Below, piece by piece: positions 58,085 to 64,000 of a stretch of 64,000 nucleotides of DNA. The stretch comes from an uncultured Actinomycetes bacterium (lineage in GTDB: Bacteria > Actinomycetota > UBA4738 > HRBIN12): contig OY969934.1 of assembly GCA_963704725.1 (NCBI GenBank), positions 1,792,001 through 1,856,000 of the forward strand, written 5' to 3'. The notes below the pieces were generated by a model that had not been told where the DNA came from, did no database searches, and saw only the letters and a list, made by a program, of their open reading frames with translations. The first letter of the stretch is position 1. Each line of letters begins with the position of its first letter. Both the position numbers and the translations under genes were made by a program.

Positions 58085-58155
58085 GCGCGTCGGCTCCTCC
58101 GCATCTGTTGTTCCTGTCATCGGTTGTTGATCTCTGTTAGCTTGCGTGGTCCCCG

Positions 58156-58845
58156 ATGCCGCGTTCGGAAGAGACCGTGCTCGACAACCTCGCCACCATC
58201 CGAGGCCGGCTCGCGAAGGCGTGCGAGCGCGCCGGCCGCGACGCCTCGAGCGTCCGGCTCGTGGCGATCGGCAAGACGGTGGAGGCCGAGGCGCTGGGAT
58301 GGGTCCGGTCGGCGGGCGTGCAGGACCTGGGCGAGAACTACGTGCGAGAGCTGCGCGCCAAGCGCGAGACGGTCCCCGACGTTCGGTGGCACTTCGTCGG
58401 CACGATCCAGGCCAGCGGGGCGCACCACGTGGCCGAGCTGGCGGACGTCGTGCAGACCGTGGTTCCGGGACGGGCGATGGCTCGGCTGGGCCGCCGCGCC
58501 GCCGAGCGGGGCCGGACCCTGACGGCGCTCGTCGAGGTGGACTTCACGGGCGAGAGGGTCGGCGTGGCTCCCGGCGACGTGGTGGAGGCGTGTGAGGCGG
58601 TCGCTCGGACCGAGGGGCTCGACCTCCGCGGCCTCATGACCGTGCCGCCGGTGACGCGGACCGCGGAGGAGGCCCGGCCGTACTTCCGCCGGTTGCGGGA
58701 GCTCCTGGCGCCGGTCGCCGAGCGCCATCCCGGGGCCGCCGAGCTCTCCATGGGAATGTCGCTCGATTACCAGGTTGCGGTGGAGGAAGGCGCTACGATG
58801 GTTCGGATCGGGACCGCGCTCTTCGGGGCGCGGCCTTCCGCGTAA
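58156..58845 (+). CDS. yggS: PLP homeostasis protein
   Basis: LVAIGKT, GENY, WHFVG, GLMT, LSMGMS.DY, GATMVRIGTALFG. Confidence 0.95.
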   Translation: MPRSEETVLDNLATIRGRLAKACERAGRDASSVRLVAIGKTVEAEALGWVRSAGVQDLGENYVRELRAKRETVPDVRWHFVGTIQASGAHHVAELADVVQTVVPGRAMARLGRRAAERGRTLTALVEVDFTGERVGVAPGDVVEACEAVARTEGLDLRGLMTVPPVTRTAEEARPYFRRLRELLAPVAERHPGAAELSMGMSLDYQVAVEEGATMVRIGTALFGARPSA

Positions 58846-58856
58846 GGAGGGACGTG

Positions 58857-59336
58857 ATGCCTGGCGTGTGGAAGAAGACGCTCACGTACCTGGGACTGGT
58901 CGAGGACGACGAGTTCGAGGAGCTCGACGAGGTCTCCGCGCAGCCCGAACAGGCCGAGATCCGGCGCTTCCAGCGCCCCCAGGCCGTGCGGGAGGTCGCC
59001 TTCGAGGCGGAGCACGATGGCATCGTCCGGACGATCTCGTCCACCCGCGCGGCGACGGCGGGCTCGATCCACAAGTCGGAGCCGCGCCGGTTCAACGAGG
59101 CCCGCGACATCGCCGACCGCTTCAAGGACGGCGTTCCGGTGATCATGAACCTGCAAAGCACCGACGACACGATCGCGCGCCGTCTGGTGGACTTCGCCTC
59201 GGGCCTCGTGTACGGGCTCGACGGCAAGATCGAGATGGTGGCCAATCGTGTGTACCTGCTGACGCCGGGAGGCGTCGACGTGTCGGCCGAGGACCGCGAG
59301 CGGATCGCCGGCGGCGACCTCTACAACCAGTTCTGA
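58857..59336 (+). CDS. sepF: Cell division protein SepF
   Basis: YLGL amphipathic N-terminus; P..FNEA..IADRF..G.PVIMNL, RRLVDFASGL, LLTP. Confidence 0.95.
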   Translation: MPGVWKKTLTYLGLVEDDEFEELDEVSAQPEQAEIRRFQRPQAVREVAFEAEHDGIVRTISSTRAATAGSIHKSEPRRFNEARDIADRFKDGVPVIMNLQSTDDTIARRLVDFASGLVYGLDGKIEMVANRVYLLTPGGVDVSAEDRERIAGGDLYNQF

Positions 59337-59358
59337 CGAGGGATCCGCGACCTTCCGG

Positions 59359-59655
59359 ATGATCGCGCAACAACAGGGCAATCCAGGGCTCGACATCGTC
59401 TGCATCGTCCTGACGGTCTTCTGGGTCGTGCTCCTGATCCGCGTCATCGTGTCGTGGGCCTACCTGTTCGGCTTCCGCCCCCCGTTGACCGGACCGCTGC
59501 GCAAGGTCCTGGATCTGCTCGAGGACGTCACCGAACCCGTCCTCAAGCCGCTGCGAGCTGTGATCCCGCCGGTGCGGGCCGGCGGGATGGGCCTCGATCT
59601 GTCCATCCTCGTAGCGTTCGTTATCCTGATCGTTCTGCAGCAGGCGTTCTGCTGA
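59359..59655 (+). CDS. yggT: YggT/YlmG membrane protein
   Basis: RVIVSW, TEPVLKPLR..IPP, GLDLSIL. Confidence 0.92.
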   Translation: MIAQQQGNPGLDIVCIVLTVFWVVLLIRVIVSWAYLFGFRPPLTGPLRKVLDLLEDVTEPVLKPLRAVIPPVRAGGMGLDLSILVAFVILIVLQQAFC

Positions 59656-59668
59656 CGGGGGGAAGGCG

Positions 59669-60430
59669 ATGCGCAGGAAGAAGTCCGAGCAGCAGGCCGC
59701 GCCGGCGCGGGCCGACGGCAGGCTCACCCCGATGGACGTCCAGCAGGTGGAGTTCCGCCTCTCCTTCCGCGGCTACAACGAGCGCGACGTCGACGCCTTC
59801 CTCGATCGTCTGACCGAGGACCTGTCCTGGTACATGGAGGAAAGCCAGCGGCTGCGCGCCGGCGGCTCGTACGCCGGGCCCCCGGCCGACGCGGGGGCGG
59901 CGCAGGGGGAGGCGGACGAGGTCTTGGCGCGGGCTCGCCAGGAGGCCGCGGCGATCGTTCGGCGGGCCGAGCAGGACGCAGCTGCGATCCGGGCGGGGGG
60001 CGGCGCCAGCGGCGACACCCGCGCGGCGGTGGCGCCGTTCCTGAACACCGAGCGGGAGTTCCTGCAGAGCCTCGGTTCGCTCGTCCAGACCCACGCCGAG
60101 GAGGTCAAGCGCATGGTCCTTGCGCTGCGGGCCGGAGCCGGTCACACGGGCCGGAGCGCCGCCCCGGCCGAGGAGGCGCCGGCTGCGGTCGAGGAAGCGC
60201 CCGCCTCGGACGAGCCGGCCGCGCCGGCGGCCGAGGAGGAGGTCGACCTCAGCACGGCGTCGGCGGCGGAGATCCGCGAACGGCTGGGCGAGCCGGAGCA
60301 GGACGACACGTCGGCGTCCGAGCCGGTGCGCGTGGAGAGCGGGACCGAACCCGCCTACAGCGCCGAGAGCGCACAGGCGGGCGAGGGCCGCGAGCGGTCC
60401 CTTCGAGAGCTGTTCTGGGGCGACGACTGA
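59669..60430 (+). CDS. divIVA: DivIVA-domain protein
   Basis: LTPMDVQQVEF..FRGYNERDVDAFLD, coiled coil, acidic tail. Confidence 0.85.
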   Translation: MRRKKSEQQAAPARADGRLTPMDVQQVEFRLSFRGYNERDVDAFLDRLTEDLSWYMEESQRLRAGGSYAGPPADAGAAQGEADEVLARARQEAAAIVRRAEQDAAAIRAGGGASGDTRAAVAPFLNTEREFLQSLGSLVQTHAEEVKRMVLALRAGAGHTGRSAAPAEEAPAAVEEAPASDEPAAPAAEEEVDLSTASAAEIRERLGEPEQDDTSASEPVRVESGTEPAYSAESAQAGEGRERSLRELFWGDD

Positions 60431-60442
60431 GCCGTCGTCCGC

Positions 60443-63400
60443 TCAGATGCGCCGCAGGCTGATCGTCACCGGCTGCCCGTCGATCGCGGCGTCCTGTCGA
60501 TAGGCCGCGTCGGCCAGGACCTCGTCCCGAACCTCGGTGGCCAGCGTCTCCGCCGCGACGTCGGCCCGGTGCGCCGAGAAGGCGTCCGCGATCTCTCCCG
60601 CGGCCGCGACACCGAGCTCGATGCGATCGCTCACCTCGAGCCCGGCGGCCTTCCGCGAGTCCTGCACGAGGCGGACGAGCTCGCGGGCCAGCCCTTCCCT
60701 TCGAAGCTCCGCCGTGAGCTCCAGCTCGAGCGCGACGGTGATGCCGCCGTCACTCGCGACGCCCCAGCCCTCGAGCGTCTCCTGCACCAGGTCGACGTCC
60801 TCGGGTCCGAGGTCGACCGGCGGCCCCGAGATGGAGACCTCGACGTGCTGGCCTGCGGCCAGGGCGGCCGCGACCGAGCCGTCGTCGCGCTCGAGGGCCG
60901 AGGCCACCTCCTTGACCCGAGGTCCCAGCCTCGGGCCGAGGGCCTTGAAGTTGGGCTTGGCACGCCACCGGCCGAACCGCTCCGCCGACTCGGCGAACAG
61001 GACCTCCTTCACGTTGAGCTCCTCGGCCACCAGCCCCAGCAGCGGGCCGAGCGCTTCGCGATCGCCCGGGTAGTGGATGACGGCCTCGAGGAGCGGTTGG
61101 CGCACGCGAACCTTCGTGTCGGTCCGGACGCGCCGTCCGAGCTCGACGATCGAGCGGGCCGCGAGCATCGCCTCGTCGAGCGTGGGATCGGAGCGCTCCG
61201 CGACCGGGACGGGGTAATCGGTGAGATGCACGGAGTCGGGTGCGCCGGAGAGGCCGCGTGAGAGGTTGCGCCACAACTCCTCGGCCACGAACGGCGTGAA
61301 CGGCGCGAGGAGCCGGGCCACGGTCAACAGGCACTCGTGCAGGGTGGCGAATGCCGCGCCGGTCTCGGTGCCCCCCGCGCCCTCGGGGTCCCAGAACCGC
61401 CGCCGGGCGCGCCGGACGTACCAGTTGGAGAGGTCGTCGACGAACGCCGCGATCCGACGTCCCGCGCCGGTCGCATCGTAGGCCTCGAGGCCGTCGCGGG
61501 CCGTTCGGACGGCGTCCGCGAGCTGCGAGAGCACCCAACGATCCAGGAGCGGCCGCTCCACCACGGGAACGGGCTCGGCGGCGGGGTCGAAGGCGCTCGC
61601 GTTCGCGTACGTGACGAAGAACGCGTACACGTTCCACAGCGTCAGCAGGAACTGGCGCACGACGTCGTCGAGGATGGCCATGCCGATGCGGCGGGAGGCC
61701 CACGGCGAGCCGCTCGTCAGCAGGTACCAGCGGAGCGCGTCGGCTCCCTGGCGGTCGAGCACCTCGAAGGGGTCGATCACGTTCCCCAGGGACTTGCTCA
61801 TCTTGCGCCCGTCCTCGTCGACGATGAGCCCGAGACAGACGCAGTTGCGGTAGGTCGTCGAGTCGAAGTGCAGGACGCCCTCGGCCATCAGGGTGTAGAA
61901 CCAGCCGCGCGTCTGGTCGATGGCCTCGCTGATGAAGTCGGCGGGGAAGCGTTGGTCGAACCGCTCGAGGCCGCGCCCGAGCTCGGGGTGGTAGCCCCAC
62001 TGGGCGTAGGGCATGGCGCCGGAGTCGTACCAGGTGTCGATCACCTCGGGGACGCGAGACGCGGTTTCGGCGCACTCGGGGCAGGGGAACGACACCTCGT
62101 CGATGGCCGGACGGTGCGGGTCGATCGCGGTGACGTCCCGCCCGGCGCGTTCGGACAGCTCGGAGAGCGAGCCGATCGCCGTGTCGTGGCGGTTCGGGCA
62201 GCGCCAGATCGGCAGGGGGGTCCCCCAGTACCGCTCGCGCGAGAGCGCCCAGTCCACGTTGTTCTCGAGCCAGTCGCCGTACCGGCCGTGCTTGATGTGC
62301 TCGGGGTACCAGTTCACCTCCTCGTTCACCGCGAGCAGGCGCTCCTTCACGGCGGTGGTGCGCACGTACCACGAGCTCCGGGCGACGTAGATCAACGGGG
62401 TCTCGCATCGCCAGCACAGGGGATAGGTGTGCAGGATCGTGCCGGCGCGTAGGAGGAGGTCCCGCCCGCGCAGGTCCTCGGTGATGGCGGGGTCGGCCTC
62501 CTTGAAGAAGACCCCCCGCACGAACCCGGGGGCCTCGTCCGTGAAGCGCCCCTCGCCGTCGAGCGGCCGGAACATGGGCCATCCCTCGCGCCGGCCGACC
62601 TCGAGGTCTTCCGGTCCGAACGCCGGCGCCATGTGGACGATCCCCGTCCCGTCCTCGAGCGAGACGAACTCGGCAGCGACGACGCGATGCGCGCCCTCGA
62701 CATTCGGATACAGGGGGGCATAGCGGGCGCCGACGAGCGTCGCACCGTTGGCGCTCCATCCGGCCGGGCTCGCGTCGGGCAGCACCGCGTCCTTCAGCTT
62801 GCTCGCGAGGACGTACCGTTCGCCTTCCTGCTCGACCATGACGTACTGGGCGTTCGCCGCTACCGCCAAGCCCTCGTTGGAGATCAGCGTCCAGGGCGTG
62901 GTCGTCCACCCGAGCAGGTGCGCGCCGACCAGGTCCGCATGCCGAGACTCGGTGACCGTGAACTTCACGAACACGCTCGGGTCCTCCACCTCCGTGTAGC
63001 CCATGGCCACCTCGGCATCGGACAGCGGCGTCCCGCACCGGGGGCAGTAGGTGGTGATCCGGTCGTCCTCGGACAGCAGGCCACGCTGGTGGAGCCGCTT
63101 CAGCGACCACCACACGCTCTCGATGTACTCGGTGTCCATCGTCCGGTAGGCGTCGGACAGGTCGATCCAGAATCCGATCCGCTCGGTGAGTCGCTCGAAG
63201 TCGCCCACGTAGCGCTGGACCGACTCGCGGCACAGCCGGTTGAACTCGGCGACGCCGAAGGCCTCGATGTCGCGCTTGCTCCTGGTCCCGATCTCCTTCT
63301 CCACCTCGAGCTCGACCGGCAGCCCGTGGCAGTCCCACCCGCCCTTGCGCGGGACGTAGTGGCCGGTCATCGCCTTGAAGCGCGGGTACACGTCCTTGAA

Positions 63401-63595
63401 CGTGCGGGGCTCGACGTGGTGGATGCCGGGGCGGCCGTTCGCCGTGGGCGGGCCCTCGTAGAAGACCCACAGTGGCCCGTCCTTGCGCTGCTCGAGCTGG
63501 CGGCGGAACACGTCGGCGTCGCGCCAGAACTCCAGGATCCTCTGCTCGACCTGCGGGAAGCGCACCTTGGGGTCGACCGGATTGAACGGCGCCAT
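60443..63595 (-). CDS. ileS: Isoleucyl-tRNA synthetase, type 2, with a GIHH signature
   Basis: EGPPTANGRPGIHH, GWDCHGLPVE, WTTTPWTL, DWALSRERYWGTP, DQTRGWF, KMSKS; type-2 C-terminus EELNVK..EGLARE; ATG after AGGAGGT. Confidence 0.97.
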   Translation of the reverse strand: MAPFNPVDPKVRFPQVEQRILEFWRDADVFRRQLEQRKDGPLWVFYEGPPTANGRPGIHHVEPRTFKDVYPRFKAMTGHYVPRKGGWDCHGLPVELEVEKEIGTRSKRDIEAFGVAEFNRLCRESVQRYVGDFERLTERIGFWIDLSDAYRTMDTEYIESVWWSLKRLHQRGLLSEDDRITTYCPRCGTPLSDAEVAMGYTEVEDPSVFVKFTVTESRHADLVGAHLLGWTTTPWTLISNEGLAVAANAQYVMVEQEGERYVLASKLKDAVLPDASPAGWSANGATLVGARYAPLYPNVEGAHRVVAAEFVSLEDGTGIVHMAPAFGPEDLEVGRREGWPMFRPLDGEGRFTDEAPGFVRGVFFKEADPAITEDLRGRDLLLRAGTILHTYPLCWRCETPLIYVARSSWYVRTTAVKERLLAVNEEVNWYPEHIKHGRYGDWLENNVDWALSRERYWGTPLPIWRCPNRHDTAIGSLSELSERAGRDVTAIDPHRPAIDEVSFPCPECAETASRVPEVIDTWYDSGAMPYAQWGYHPELGRGLERFDQRFPADFISEAIDQTRGWFYTLMAEGVLHFDSTTYRNCVCLGLIVDEDGRKMSKSLGNVIDPFEVLDRQGADALRWYLLTSGSPWASRRIGMAILDDVVRQFLLTLWNVYAFFVTYANASAFDPAAEPVPVVERPLLDRWVLSQLADAVRTARDGLEAYDATGAGRRIAAFVDDLSNWYVRRARRRFWDPEGAGGTETGAAFATLHECLLTVARLLAPFTPFVAEELWRNLSRGLSGAPDSVHLTDYPVPVAERSDPTLDEAMLAARSIVELGRRVRTDTKVRVRQPLLEAVIHYPGDREALGPLLGLVAEELNVKEVLFAESAERFGRWRAKPNFKALGPRLGPRVKEVASALERDDGSVAAALAAGQHVEVSISGPPVDLGPEDVDLVQETLEGWGVASDGGITVALELELTAELRREGLARELVRLVQDSRKAAGLEVSDRIELGVAAAGEIADAFSAHRADVAAETLATEVRDEVLADAAYRQDAAIDGQPVTISLRRI

Positions 63596-63613
63596 CTCCA
63601 CCACCTCCTCTCC

Positions 63614-63892
63614 GAACGCACGAACGCCCCGTCCCCTGATGCAGGGACGAGGCGCATGCCCCGCGGTACCACCCCGCTTGCCGAGGCCTCACGGCCCCGG
63701 CCGCTCGCGGCTGCCGACACAGCCCCCCGCTGTCACGGGCGGGGCCCGGCCGCGCCTACTGCGGGCGCGCGGCTCGCGTCCGGTTCGGGCGGCGGCTCGG
63801 GGAGGATGTTCGCGGGGCCCTGCCCGCCGGGCTCGCACCGTCCCCGGCTCGCTCGGGGTGGGATCCCCGCTACTCGTTCCCGTCGTCGCCTG
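63614..63892 (-). ncRNA. Ile T-box riboswitch with full-length Stem I
   Basis: AG bulge and distal loop AGCGAG..GGTG.GA, specifier GAAC-AUC (63805-63807), Stem II AGUA, T-box GGGTGGTACCGCG, hairpin 63625-63654; TAGCAT -10 at 63902-63907. Confidence 0.92.
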
Positions 63893-63916
63893 TACCGGGG
63901 GATGCTACACGTCGTC

Positions 63917-64000
63917 ATGGGCTCGGTCACGGTTCGGGTGGTTCCGCGGTCGGGGCGGACGGCCGTGGAGGTCGGGCCCGACGGTCCGGTGGTCCGCGTC
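63917..64000 (+). CDS. DUF167 (YggU) family protein; 3' truncated by the window edge
   Basis: MGSVTVRVVPRSGRTAV..G.VVRV resembles the DUF167 N-terminus. Confidence 0.6.
   Translation, partial: MGSVTVRVVPRSGRTAVEVGPDGPVVRV

Overview
A high-GC chromosomal segment from an actinobacterium. A deep-branching lineage is suggested by murB inside the dcw cluster, no ftsA, a full-length T-box, a GAAC-N4-GTTC LexA box and many leaderless TANNNT promoters. About 60 CDS; no tRNA, rRNA, CRISPR or transposase found. In order: the end of an NAD-linked formate dehydrogenase operon with mobA; an arginine synthetase (ArcE)-like ATPase coupled to carbamate kinase; an RlpA protein; tandem ATP-type and PPi-type phosphofructokinases; threonine aldolase; pknB-nfo; a TPP riboswitch ahead of thiE and a PurM/ThiL-like gene; psuK-psuG; sqdB with a DUF2304/GT2 transferase; ftcD; a LexA-controlled DUF6504-dnaE2-dinB cassette; DUF3040; an Rv1830/McdR-like MerR regulator; moxR-DUF58-transglutaminase; HNH; the dcw cluster (mraZ to ftsZ, yggS, sepF, yggT, divIVA); and an inverted ileS with a T-box. 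Most notable observations: (1) two related long palindromic elements inserted in frame in dnaE2, with relatives in ftsL and an intergenic gap; (2) a candidate ~105-nt sRNA whose promoter overlaps an McdR-type box, ~5 kb from an McdR-like gene that lies between the mutasome and the dcw cluster; (3) a mutasome lacking ImuA/ImuB in this window; (4) an unannotated 38-aa membrane peptide between mraZ and rsmH; (5) the ArcE-ArcC and SqdB-GT2 modules. All calls come from reading the sequence and recalled family motifs; no database search or folding program was run.
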